From NCBI GenBank assembly GCA_946409645.1, contig CAMJXE010000001.1, forward strand, positions 27,710 to 91,709: a stretch of 64,000 nt of DNA, written 5' to 3'. The notes beneath the pieces are model-generated. The model was not told where the DNA came from, searched no databases, and saw only the letters and a list, made by a program, of their open reading frames with translations. Both the position numbers and the translations under genes were made by a program. Shown piece after piece: positions 46,602 to 55,853 of the stretch (position 1 is its first letter; each line of letters starts with the position of its first letter). This DNA is from an uncultured Bacteroidales bacterium. GTDB taxonomy: Bacteria; Bacteroidota; Bacteroidia; Bacteroidales; WCHB1-69.

Positions 46602-47396
46602 TTATTTCGATGTTTTCTTCGCCTTCTTTTTGAAACAGTGCACGTAAGCGAGCTCAAAACCGATATGGTTGTGACGGTAGCTGTAGGCGCCGTATGCGTT
46701 GTCCACTAGCAGGAATGTGTATTCCCCATGGAACGTGTCCTTAAACGAATAGTTCGCCAGAATGCTGAAGCGAATGAGATCATTATAGGGCAGTTTGTAG
46801 TAAAAACCAAGGTTGAGTTGCAAATCTGCGCGTACTTTGTCGCCATCCAACTCTTCTAAATAGTGCTTATAAGGAGATGTCGGATCATGGCCACCACTAA
46901 AAACATGCCAACTGAAGAGGTTTTCTCCGATGATTTTGGACAGAATACTTTCCCTGACATTGATCAGGTTAACGCCCAGTGCCCCATAGAAGAAAAAATT
47001 GCTTTGTAAAATGGGATAATGAAACTCTGCTTTGATTGGAATTTGAAACGCATTAAAAGCAATGCGCGCGTTTGCAGGTCCGATGGGCATATATCCATCA
47101 CCGTCCCACCGCCACAGTTTCCATTGCGCCTCTGTGCCGTAATCTAAACCGATGGAGACTCCGAAATATTTTGCGAAATGGTAGGAGAACTCCAGTCCGG
47201 CCTGCCACCCTAAGGTAGGGTCGGACAATGGTGCGGGCCAGTTTTGTCCGATGGCCACAACGGTCATTCTTTGGGCCAAGTTTCCCTCTCCGGTGACGCC
47301 GATGTGAAACCCGTCGGGAAACAAAGAACGGTTTTCCTGTCCGTAGGAAACGGAAAGGAGAATCGCAAACAATACGACGAAAGGAATTCTTTTCAT
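46602..47396 (-). CDS. outer-membrane beta-barrel protein (porin-family like)
   Basis: Signal MKRIPFVVLFAILLSVSYGQ, alternating hydrophobic beta-strand pattern, and a ..ELAYVHCF end followed by a KKKAKKTSK tail. Confidence 0.6.
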   Translation of the reverse strand: MKRIPFVVLFAILLSVSYGQENRSLFPDGFHIGVTGEGNLAQRMTVVAIGQNWPAPLSDPTLGWQAGLEFSYHFAKYFGVSIGLDYGTEAQWKLWRWDGDGYMPIGPANARIAFNAFQIPIKAEFHYPILQSNFFFYGALGVNLINVRESILSKIIGENLFSWHVFSGGHDPTSPYKHYLEELDGDKVRADLQLNLGFYYKLPYNDLIRFSILANYSFKDTFHGEYTFLLVDNAYGAYSYRHNHIGFELAYVHCFKKKAKKTSK

Positions 47397-47407
47397 AGGT
47401 GATACAT

Positions 47408-50400
47408 TTAATTCTTGATACAGCGGGCAGAGTGGCACTCCGAGGCATCACCAAGATGGTTGTAAAGGCCGGACCCGTTGTTGGAAATCGAGAAATAGTA
47501 ATAGCCATCAAGAAAAGTGAAATTGCCGACGTGGATGTATTTTGCCGTAGTGGACCAGAATGTGGCCTCGGTGTGGAAATCACTGTTTTCCTCCGTCACC
47601 CCTTGGTCTCCAAGGTAATAGGCGACTTCGCCGGCGGGCATGGCGGTGAATCCGGTCTCGTTGTTGGTCAGCTGCTCGTAAGCCGGTGCACAAGCGCCAA
47701 CGCTGCTGTAGTAACCAAGTGTCCATCCCGAAGTGGAGGCCAATGCTTTTGCGACATTGTAGGACGAACCGCCACAACGGTACAATTCCTGACTCCCAAC
47801 GTAACTATTGAGCGTGTCCCATTCATCCTTGCTCGGCAAATGCCAGCCTGCGGGACAAAATTTGCTCTGACGCGCCACATACAACGAATACAAATAACCG
47901 TATTCGGTCACATTCGCACTGTCGCCAGCAGGATAGTAGCAGCCGTTGTTTAGCACTATGTCTGTACTGTCAGTGTATCGCCTGGTACGCATGTTCTCTT
48001 TCATCCAACACTGCGAACCCAGTTGGACTGTGTGATAGACATTTCCGTCGATATCCGTGACAGTGGTGTCGCCCGGGCATGGCGTACCGTAAACCGTTCG
48101 CGTGACAAACTTTATTTCATTGCCGTAAGAAGTGCCATAACTATTTGTTGCGTAAGCCTTTACGTGGTAAATAGTGTCCAAAGAGAGGTTTTCCATCAGC
48201 ACATCAAAATGGTCGAAAATGGCAGGCGAAGAGGCATGGCGGTCAGCGACTGTGGGGTTTCCCGAAGTGTTCCAACAGAGTCCTTCTTCGCTTAAAGGAA
48301 GCCCACTGTCGATAACGATGGCACCACCACTCTGGGCGGTAGTGTCGTTTATGACAACAACAGGGGATGTTGTCACCACAGGAAGCGGTATTGTATTTAC
48401 AACCAACTCGTTTGAATAGGTAAAACCGGCGATATTCTCGGCAAATCCCCGAATGTAGTAAGTGACTCCAGGGGTCAGTCCTGTAACGGTGGCGGTGTGG
48501 TTATGGCTGTAAGAGTTTGTGCCTGCAGGGTGCGAAAAGGTGATGCTGGTGTCGTTGATGGTCGGGTTGGGCGATGTTCCCCAACAAATGCCATCAGAGA
48601 GGACTGCAATCGGGGTAGAGACGTGCAGGTCCACTGTCACGGAGACATTGGTGGAATCGGACAGGGTGAGATTGGCCGTCGGCGGGTAATGGGTCTTGAA
48701 GGATTTGTTGGCACCGTAGGAGATGCCCAGCGCATTGCGGGCAAAGGCACGAACACAATAGTTAGTGTTGTTCGACAGACCTGTGATTTCGTAGGAAAAG
48801 GTGTCCGCAGTGGTTGTCAGATACTCCACGTTGTCAGTAATGGAGGGCGCTTGATTGTTGGCCCAGCAGATGCCGCGCTCCAGTATGGGCAGTCCTCCGT
48901 CGCTCACAAGGATACCCGTAGCCATTGCGGAAACGCCCGTAACATTGGAGATGTTGCAGGTGGTGACGGTCGGCGTAACATTGGGATTGGTGGTAAACGT
49001 CCTTGTCGTACCATATCCGACACCCAGCGCATTGACGGCGTAGGCACGGTAATAGTAAGTGGTTCCGGCAGAGAGATTGTCAATCGGTACCGAAAAATGG
49101 CCTTCACCCTGACCGTCAAATGCGTGATGCCCCATAACGGTCGGTTCGGGGAGCGTGTCCCAGCAGATGCCACGCTCCGTCACAGCCAGCAGGCCATCAT
49201 ACGTGACATTCCCGTCACAAACAGCACTATGGAAACTGATGGCGGAGGCAGAACCCGTAGTCACTACAGAAAGACTCGCAAGATGCCATGCGGAGTCGGG
49301 GGCCAACGCAAGTTCCGCCTCCTCCACATAACCGTTGTCCAGACTCCATCCATCAATAATGCGAATCTGCCACAATCCATTCAGCGGACAGCCTATCAGG
49401 CTGGAGAACGACTCGTCAGGGTGGAAGAGGTTCGTCATGAGCTGCATGTCGGTGCTGTCAACAATGAAATCGCTGCCAGAGACAAAGAGGTTGCACGTGT
49501 CGTAAACGTACGCACTGCCACAAGTATAGACATAGCCACTGGTCGTATCACAAGACCAACAGTAGTTCCAACACGTTCCCATAGGATTATTGGCTGGGTC
49601 GCATTTGTCATTGCCGTCAGGCTTGTAGAACTGACCTAATTTGGCCTTGGCTTTACCCTCCTGCTGCCATCCCCGGTCTTCGGTCGGAATCTGATTGGTA
49701 CAATTGCTGGTCGAATTGTAGCTATACAACCTCAAGAGGGTGGCCGACTGTCCATTGGGGCAAGCGAGTGAGATCCACAAGTCCCCGAGATAGGAGTGCT
49801 CCATCTTCATACGCAAATAACGGAGGTCCTCAACACTCTGAACGGTTCTGTTGGACGGATAACCGCTCACTTCGAAGTTCATGGTGCCCAAACAGGTGCC
49901 GTCGCAGGGGGTACCGTCGGGAATAAACAATGTGGTGGTGTCATAGAAATGACCGTCCAGCTCCACAAATCCCCACAAATGGAACTCCAGTTCGAAATCC
50001 TCGTCCGAGTTTTGCACCTGTTCAATCACTGCGCTGGAATACAACATGCTGTCATTCAGGAAATAGCCGACATAGCGCATTACGTCGCCAGGCTCAAAAG
50101 GATGATGGCTGTTCATCCTTGACCGCAGCTCGTAAGTCAGCGGTTCGGTGTTGCGATACTCGATGTGGTTACGACCGCCGTTGCTGTTGTTCAACATCTT
50201 GATGGAGGCAGCATCATGGCTTGTCTTCACCGTCAGTAGATACGACTGGGGGACATTCAGCCACACGCGGAAAGTGTGGGTTCCGGCATACAACCGCAGC
50301 TCCTTTCCCGTCACCTGGCGCCCCGACATGTCAAACACCTCAATGCAGACCGAAGACTCGTAAGGCAGTGTCATCGTGAAGTCTGTCACCCCACTGAACG

Positions 50401-50659
50401 GATTCGGCACATTCTGCGAGACTGAAAACTTGGATACAGATTCATAGTCTGACAGTCCAACCCCTGACGTGATGAGGATGGTGTCCGGATAATAGAGCGT
50501 ATCCGTCCAATCTCGCGTAATATTCTCTACCACAACATGATGCAACTGCACATAACTGTCAAGATTGTCCTTACCCGTAAAAGTCAGGGTGACCTGTGCC
50601 AACACAACGCTCTTGCAAACAGCGCAGAATAATATGGCGAAAAGAATGATTTTTTTCAT
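47408..50659 (-). CDS. FISUMP-domain surface protein, paralog 2 (~1083 aa)
   Basis: Same architecture as 40572..43838. FISUMP tail GSQCWMKENM..YGYLYSL..CPAGWHLPSKDEW..SARCIKN. The start could be 50659 or 50668. Confidence 0.8.
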   Translation of the reverse strand: MKKIILFAILFCAVCKSVVLAQVTLTFTGKDNLDSYVQLHHVVVENITRDWTDTLYYPDTILITSGVGLSDYESVSKFSVSQNVPNPFSGVTDFTMTLPYESSVCIEVFDMSGRQVTGKELRLYAGTHTFRVWLNVPQSYLLTVKTSHDAASIKMLNNSNGGRNHIEYRNTEPLTYELRSRMNSHHPFEPGDVMRYVGYFLNDSMLYSSAVIEQVQNSDEDFELEFHLWGFVELDGHFYDTTTLFIPDGTPCDGTCLGTMNFEVSGYPSNRTVQSVEDLRYLRMKMEHSYLGDLWISLACPNGQSATLLRLYSYNSTSNCTNQIPTEDRGWQQEGKAKAKLGQFYKPDGNDKCDPANNPMGTCWNYCWSCDTTSGYVYTCGSAYVYDTCNLFVSGSDFIVDSTDMQLMTNLFHPDESFSSLIGCPLNGLWQIRIIDGWSLDNGYVEEAELALAPDSAWHLASLSVVTTGSASAISFHSAVCDGNVTYDGLLAVTERGICWDTLPEPTVMGHHAFDGQGEGHFSVPIDNLSAGTTYYYRAYAVNALGVGYGTTRTFTTNPNVTPTVTTCNISNVTGVSAMATGILVSDGGLPILERGICWANNQAPSITDNVEYLTTTADTFSYEITGLSNNTNYCVRAFARNALGISYGANKSFKTHYPPTANLTLSDSTNVSVTVDLHVSTPIAVLSDGICWGTSPNPTINDTSITFSHPAGTNSYSHNHTATVTGLTPGVTYYIRGFAENIAGFTYSNELVVNTIPLPVVTTSPVVVINDTTAQSGGAIVIDSGLPLSEEGLCWNTSGNPTVADRHASSPAIFDHFDVLMENLSLDTIYHVKAYATNSYGTSYGNEIKFVTRTVYGTPCPGDTTVTDIDGNVYHTVQLGSQCWMKENMRTRRYTDSTDIVLNNGCYYPAGDSANVTEYGYLYSLYVARQSKFCPAGWHLPSKDEWDTLNSYVGSQELYRCGGSSYNVAKALASTSGWTLGYYSSVGACAPAYEQLTNNETGFTAMPAGEVAYYLGDQGVTEENSDFHTEATFWSTTAKYIHVGNFTFLDGYYYFSISNNGSGLYNHLGDASECHSARCIKN

Positions 50660-50784
50660 GCTACCCATTTTATACTATTTTTGATAAACCGTTCATTTAT
50701 ATAAGTATGACGCAAAAAGTGCAAAGGTTACACCTTGCCGAATTTTTTGTTTGCGGCAAGAATGCCGCAGCTTCTTTTCCGCTG

Positions 50785-50792
50785 CAAAAATA
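50785..50792 (-). promoter_or_regulatory. -7 box TATTTTTG for FISUMP paralog 2
   Basis: Reverse complement of CAAAAATA. It has the same ~30-bp spacing to the proximal TTCCGTC repeat as in copy 1. Confidence 0.45.
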
Positions 50793-50808
50793 CCATTCTT
50801 TCACCCAC

Positions 50809-50972
50809 AAAATATTCCGTCATTCCAAAAATATGTTCCGTCTCAACCAAAAAATATGATGGACAGGTTGAATTTTGAGGATTAACGGATGAAAATAGTG
50901 TTGAAAATCAATATGTTGTCGAAAACCGCCAGGTTGTGGATGTGAGACGGAATAAAGCGGGAAATTGAGACG
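50809..50972 (-). promoter_or_regulatory. conserved upstream element, copy 2
   Basis: TTCCGTC at 50815 and 50836 (21-bp phase), inverted GACGGAA at 50946, and an extra GAGACGG at 50967. It lies between the divergent FISUMP-2 and LytTR promoters. Confidence 0.6.
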
Positions 50973-51012
50973 GTTTGAGGGTCTAAATGGGGCTTTGAAC
51001 GGAAATAATGTG

Positions 51013-51020
51013 TATCTTTG
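51013..51020 (+). promoter_or_regulatory. -7 box TATCTTTG for the LytTR gene
   Basis: Exact TAnnTTTG; ATG at 51046. Confidence 0.5.
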
Positions 51021-51045
51021 CCCTCAGTTTTTAATACTTTCGGTT

Positions 51046-52101
51046 ATGAAAAAACAAACGCGCACCATTATCATCGTCCTGCTGAACGTTCTGTTCTGCG
51101 CTTACATGCTTTGGTTTTCCACCAATAACTCCTTCCTCCGACCGTATGCAGGAAGCAAGACCCGGGAATTCTTTGCGGGACTAATCCTGCTGATTACCTT
51201 GTATGCCAACTATTTCCTTCTCTATCCGAAACTCCACAAAAAGCACCCTGTGGTTTATTGGGTGGTATTGGTCAGCCTTTGTATCATAGCCGCAGCAGTT
51301 GACTTTGCAATCGCCCATCGCTTTATGATGTATTGCAATAGCGCGGTAATTGAAAAATATGGTGCTTTTAGTTTCTTCTCCCATCATTACAGACTTATAG
51401 TAATTCGAAATGTGACCTTAAACGCTTTTCCGTTTATCTTCCGTGAGCGGCAGGAACTCCAGAAAGCGCTGGACAAGGAGGTGCAGATTGTCTATCAGGA
51501 TGCCCGGCTGTTGGATGTGTCCGACAAGGACCACAATGCGCGCCTCATTCCCAGGGACAACATCTACTATTGTCAGCAGGACGGGAACTACACCCGCATC
51601 TACGTGACGCAGGACGACCTATATTACTCTCGCTACGGCTCCATGAAGTATCTTGAGCAACTGTTTGGAACAGAGGAGTTTGTACGCGTTTCCAACACGT
51701 TGCTAATCCCTTACCGATATATCCATTCCTGCAACGGTACTGAAGTGTTCATGAAACGGCTACCTTGGCAGAAAGAACCGCTCTCCTTCGCCATCGAGCC
51801 CAAGTACCTTGACCAGGCTCCCGGACAGATCGCCCTCTACCTCCTCAACTCCAAGGGGCAGGAGACCATGAAACCTCCCAAACAAAACCGTAAGAGACGG
51901 AAACCTGTCAAACCCTCGCAGGAAAAGACAGACACTGTGCTTCAGTACATCAAGGAGCATGCGGGCAGTCAGACCAAGGAAATTGCCGAAAACACCCAAT
52001 TCTCCCCGACCACGGTGGAGCGCTGCTTGGCAGAACTCCGCAAGCAGGAACTCGTTAAGTTTAAAGGGAGCAAGAAAACTGGCGGATATCACATTGTCTG
52101 A
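51046..52101 (+). CDS. membrane-anchored LytTR-family DNA-binding protein with extra C-terminal winged-helix
   Basis: Four N-terminal TM helices. LytTR core LIPRDNIYYCQQDGNYTRIYV..YSRYGSMKYLEQL..FVRVSNTLLIP. Basic linker, then TKEIAENTQFSPTTVERCLAELRKQELV. Confidence 0.8.
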   Translation: MKKQTRTIIIVLLNVLFCAYMLWFSTNNSFLRPYAGSKTREFFAGLILLITLYANYFLLYPKLHKKHPVVYWVVLVSLCIIAAAVDFAIAHRFMMYCNSAVIEKYGAFSFFSHHYRLIVIRNVTLNAFPFIFRERQELQKALDKEVQIVYQDARLLDVSDKDHNARLIPRDNIYYCQQDGNYTRIYVTQDDLYYSRYGSMKYLEQLFGTEEFVRVSNTLLIPYRYIHSCNGTEVFMKRLPWQKEPLSFAIEPKYLDQAPGQIALYLLNSKGQETMKPPKQNRKRRKPVKPSQEKTDTVLQYIKEHAGSQTKEIAENTQFSPTTVERCLAELRKQELVKFKGSKKTGGYHIV

Positions 52102-52115
52102 CTGCAATAATTTTG

Positions 52116-52123
52116 TATTTTTG
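52116..52123 (+). promoter_or_regulatory. -7 box TATTTTTG
   Basis: Exact TAnnTTTG; ATG at 52138. Confidence 0.5.
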
Positions 52124-52137
52124 CCGTTTGTTTCAAG

Positions 52138-53094
52138 ATGTTCAAGCGCGTTTTGGTCATATCGGCAATGGTCCTGCTTTGCTGGACGGCGGCTTTCCCC
52201 CAAAAGAAGGCCGAATTCCGTATGTGGGAAGACAGCCTCATCCACCTGCGCGACCAAGTGATGGCCGAAGCCGACGAAACCACCCGACTGGCTCTGAATG
52301 AGGACTTTATGACCCTGCTGGAAGAGGTACTTCAGATGCCGGATGCGTTCAAATACACATGGGATTCGGTGAATAATTTCAGCGTTTTGGCCTCTCCCGA
52401 CAATGTATTCAAGATTTTCACGTGGTATGTGGTGAAAAACAAATACGACATCGAGAATTTCGGCTTCATCCATGTCTATAACGAAGGGCGAAAAAAGCAC
52501 GTCATCTACCCGCTGTACGACAAACGGCAGAACATCGACTATCCTAAAACGCAGATTGGCAACCACAACCGTTGGTATGGTGCGGTCTATTACAAGCTGA
52601 TTCCGGTGAAGGACAAGAACACCACCTACTACACGCTTCTCGGTTGGAACGGCAACAACATGTTCACCAACCAGAAACTGATTGAGATACTGCATTTTAA
52701 CAAAGACATGACCCCGATTTTCGGTGGACGTGTATTCAAAAACTATACAGAAAAAGTGGCACGCGTCATCTTTGAATACTCCAAAAACGCCACCATGTAT
52801 TTGAATTACGAAAATCAGGAGTATCTGGTGAGTTCGGGAAAGTACAATCCTAAAACGCGCGATTACGATTACAAACGAATTCGATGTGACATGATCATCT
52901 TCGAAGAACTAATTCCGATGGATGAATCGATGAAGAACGTGCCCGCCTACATGGTACCGGAATCGAGTCTGAATCAGGGCTTTATCGAGGAAGATGGCAA
53001 ATGGATGTTCCAAAAGAACGTGCGCGGCTCCAATCCCGACAAGGTGCGCCCCGAATACCAACATAAAAACCGAAACTACTACTCTGTTCAATAA
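52138..53094 (+). CDS. secreted hypothetical protein
   Basis: Signal peptide MFKRVLVISAMVLLCWTAAFPQ; no domain recognised. Confidence 0.6.
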   Translation: MFKRVLVISAMVLLCWTAAFPQKKAEFRMWEDSLIHLRDQVMAEADETTRLALNEDFMTLLEEVLQMPDAFKYTWDSVNNFSVLASPDNVFKIFTWYVVKNKYDIENFGFIHVYNEGRKKHVIYPLYDKRQNIDYPKTQIGNHNRWYGAVYYKLIPVKDKNTTYYTLLGWNGNNMFTNQKLIEILHFNKDMTPIFGGRVFKNYTEKVARVIFEYSKNATMYLNYENQEYLVSSGKYNPKTRDYDYKRIRCDMIIFEELIPMDESMKNVPAYMVPESSLNQGFIEEDGKWMFQKNVRGSNPDKVRPEYQHKNRNYYSVQ

Positions 53095-53095
53095 T

Positions 53096-54079
53096 ATGTC
53101 AGCATTATATCCCTTGAAATTCACGCCCATCCTGAAGGAGAAAATCTGGGGCGGCAACAAAATCGAAACCATTCTGAAGCACAAAATCAGCCCGATGCGA
53201 AACTGCGGCGAAAGCTGGGAGGTTTCAGGACTTGTAGAGGATGAATCCGTGGTTTCCAACGGTTTCTTAGCGGAAAACAACCTCAACGAGCTGTTGGAAA
53301 TCTATCTCACCGACTTTGTGGGCGAAAAAAACTATGAAAAATACGGATTAGGTTTCCCGTTGCTCATCAAATTCATTGATGCTCAAGATAATCTCTCCGT
53401 GCAGGTGCATCCAGATGACACGTTGGCACAGGAAAAATATGGTCAGAACGGTAAAACCGAGATGTGGCACGTAATTCAAGCAGACGAAGGTGCTGGTCTT
53501 TATGTTGGCTTTAATCAGAAAGTTACTGAGCATCAGTATGTTTCAGCGGTAGAAAACGGCACACTGGAGCTCTTGCTAAAATTCTATCCCGTGAAAGCCG
53601 GCGACACCTTCATGATTCCTGCAGGAACGGTTCACGCCATCGGCAAAGGCGTGCTGCTGGCGGAAATCCAGCAACCGTCCGACATCACCTTCCGCATTTT
53701 CGACTGGAACCGCGTGGACGAAAACGGCAACAGCCGCGAACTGCACACCGAAGAGGCTTTGGATGCCATCCATTTCGAGGAAAATGTGGGCGATTTTAAG
53801 GTGAAATATGCTCCAGAAAAGAACAGAACCGTCACTTTGGTGCACTCCCCGTTCTTCAACACCAATATGCTGGACATGGACATGCAGGTGGAGAAATCTT
53901 TCGGCCATTTGGATACTTTTGTGATATATATGTGCTTGGAAGGCAATGCATTTCTGATTTCTGGTGATAACAAAGAACATTTGGAAACCGGCGAAGTAGT
54001 ACTGGTGCCCGCCGAAATCAGTCAGCTGCAAATCATCCCCGATCCAAAAGCCAAATTGTTGGAGGTTTATTGTTCATAA
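53096..54079 (+). CDS. manA: class I mannose-6-phosphate isomerase
   Basis: LYPLKFTPILKEKIWGG .. LSVQVHPDD .. GKTEMWHV .. AGTVHAIG. The ATG is 1 nt after the upstream stop. Confidence 0.85.
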   Translation: MSALYPLKFTPILKEKIWGGNKIETILKHKISPMRNCGESWEVSGLVEDESVVSNGFLAENNLNELLEIYLTDFVGEKNYEKYGLGFPLLIKFIDAQDNLSVQVHPDDTLAQEKYGQNGKTEMWHVIQADEGAGLYVGFNQKVTEHQYVSAVENGTLELLLKFYPVKAGDTFMIPAGTVHAIGKGVLLAEIQQPSDITFRIFDWNRVDENGNSRELHTEEALDAIHFEENVGDFKVKYAPEKNRTVTLVHSPFFNTNMLDMDMQVEKSFGHLDTFVIYMCLEGNAFLISGDNKEHLETGEVVLVPAEISQLQIIPDPKAKLLEVYCS

Positions 54080-54117
54080 CCATCATAGCTATTGGCCCTT
54101 CGCCAAAAGCCAAGAAA

Positions 54118-54840
54118 ATGTTTCATTTCAAGCAGTTTGACTTAGAACACGAGCGCAGTACGTTGAAAATCAGCACCGATGCGGTGCTGTTAGCTGCGCT
54201 CACGAATCCCGAGACGGCCCAGTCGGTACTCGACATAGGTTGTGGTTGCGGCGTGATAGCCTTCTGTATTGCACAGCAACTTGCAGAACGACAACAAAAC
54301 CCGACCGTTTTTGGCATTGACATAGATGCGGATTCTATTACCGAAGCGAGAGGGAATGCCGACCGTTTTCCCTTATTGCCAAAATCTTGTTTTCATTTTG
54401 AAAATATTCGATTGCAAGATTTTGTAAATCAGGAAAATAGTCCGCATTTCGACTTGATAGTCAGCAATCCGCCTTTTTTTCACGGAGATCTTAAACCACA
54501 GGACAAAAGCAAGTTACAGAGCAAGCATGGCGACGGTCAACTGTCGTTTCAGGAATTGGTGGACGGTGTTGACGCTCTTTTGTCCCAAAACGGTCGTTTC
54601 ACACTGATTCTCCCAACCTCGGAAATGGCTGAATTTCACCAGCTTACCATCGGGAAATGGCATTGCCTGAAGTCGGTGTATATCCATCCGACGGCAACCA
54701 AGCCCGTCTATCGCATTGTGCGCGAATACGGTCTTACCCCGCAACCCGAAACTGCATCCCGCTTTTCCATCCGAAACGCGGAATCACAGTACACTCCCGA
54801 GTATTTGCAACTTGTAAAACATTATCTCACAATAAGTTAA
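54118..54840 (+). CDS. tRNA (adenine37-N6)-methyltransferase-like (TrmN6/YfiC family)
   Basis: FHFKQF..ISTDAVLL, SAM motif VLDIGCGCGVI, and catalytic SNPPFF. Confidence 0.75.
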   Translation: MFHFKQFDLEHERSTLKISTDAVLLAALTNPETAQSVLDIGCGCGVIAFCIAQQLAERQQNPTVFGIDIDADSITEARGNADRFPLLPKSCFHFENIRLQDFVNQENSPHFDLIVSNPPFFHGDLKPQDKSKLQSKHGDGQLSFQELVDGVDALLSQNGRFTLILPTSEMAEFHQLTIGKWHCLKSVYIHPTATKPVYRIVREYGLTPQPETASRFSIRNAESQYTPEYLQLVKHYLTIS

Positions 54841-54936
54841 TAAAAGTCATAGTCGTAGTCAACGTCGTCATAGTAACATCATGCACAATCTCCAAGAAAA
54901 GAAATCTTCAACAGTCGGGCGAATCGATAAAAATCG

Positions 54937-54944
54937 TATTTTTG
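54937..54944 (+). promoter_or_regulatory. -7 box TATTTTTG for tRNA-Ala
   Basis: Exact TAnnTTTG, 22 nt before the tRNA 5' end. Confidence 0.5.
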
Positions 54945-54965
54945 CAGCCGATTTAGATTATTGTT

Positions 54966-55039
54966 GGGGCGTTAGCTCAGTTGGCTAGAGCGTTTGACTG
55001 GCAGTCAAGAGGTCGTGAGTTCGATTCTCATACGCTCCA
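54966..55039 (+). tRNA. tRNA-Ala: tRNA-Ala (anticodon GGC)
   Basis: Hand-folded cloverleaf. Acceptor GGGGCGT/ACGCTCC with the G3:U70 alanine identity pair, D arm TAGCTCAGTTGGCTAGAGC, anticodon loop CTGGCAG, T arm GGTCGTGAGTTCGATTCTCAT. No CCA is encoded. Confidence 0.9.
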
Positions 55040-55048
55040 CAGAAAAGG

Positions 55049-55077
55049 CACCTGCGATTGGTTTCGCAGGTGTTTTT
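55049..55077. terminator. bidirectional rho-independent terminator
   Basis: 9-bp stem CACCTGCGA / TCGCAGGTG, 6-nt loop, T5 tail on the + strand. It lies between the tRNA and the convergent dipeptidase gene. Confidence 0.75.
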
Positions 55078-55082
55078 GCACC

Positions 55083-55841
55083 CTAAAAGTCAATAATCCT
55101 CAACTCCTCCTTCGCCCTGATCGACGGGATGTGGTTAAAGTGCCACCATTCGGAGATGCAGGTAATGAAGCCGCTCTCAGTCATCACGTGGCGTAACAGT
55201 TTGCGGTTCTCAAGTTCCTCGTTGGTTATCAGTCCGTTGGCAACGAGCTCCGCCTCGTGGTCGATGCGCGCTTCGGGACCGAAATAGTCGTGCTTCGAGC
55301 CCATCGGAAGTGGCCTGCCCGTACTGTCCATGATGGTGATATCGACTGCCGCTCCGTAGTTGTGCATTCCCCGACCCTTGGCGGGATTGGCCACGAACGA
55401 GACGTTGGGAGTGCCCTTCACCGACATCCACATCTCCTGTTGCACACTAAGCGGCCGTGCGGCATCGTAAATCAGCAATGAAAGGTCGGGGCGGGCCGCT
55501 TTCAGCCGTTGTTGGGCCCTGACGAGCTTTTGCGCCATGGCAGGGATGGCAAACGCATGGTGTATGTCGGGGTAAAGCACATGTCCAAGGAAGTTGTTAG
55601 GCGTGGCATAGACCAGCTCCACCCCGATGGTGGAATCAACTTCGGCGATATCCACTAAGCCGAAATCAAGGAGTTTTTGCTCCATTTCGGTATATTTCAC
55701 TGGCTCCAAAGATTCCTCTGACTCCAAGGCAACAGAATTCGCTATAACCGTAATCTCTTGCGTTTCTTTATTAGAACGGCATGACAGCATCCAAAGACAG
55801 AACGCGCAAGACAGAAAAGCTAAAATGATAATCCGTCGCAT
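55083..55841 (-). CDS. M15-family D-alanyl-D-alanine dipeptidase (VanX/DdpX-like)
   Basis: GMHNYGAAVD and EWWHF metal and catalytic motifs; signal peptide. Confidence 0.8.
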   Translation of the reverse strand: MRRIIILAFLSCAFCLWMLSCRSNKETQEITVIANSVALESEESLEPVKYTEMEQKLLDFGLVDIAEVDSTIGVELVYATPNNFLGHVLYPDIHHAFAIPAMAQKLVRAQQRLKAARPDLSLLIYDAARPLSVQQEMWMSVKGTPNVSFVANPAKGRGMHNYGAAVDITIMDSTGRPLPMGSKHDYFGPEARIDHEAELVANGLITNEELENRKLLRHVMTESGFITCISEWWHFNHIPSIRAKEELRIIDF

Positions 55842-55853
55842 CTTCCAAACCAA

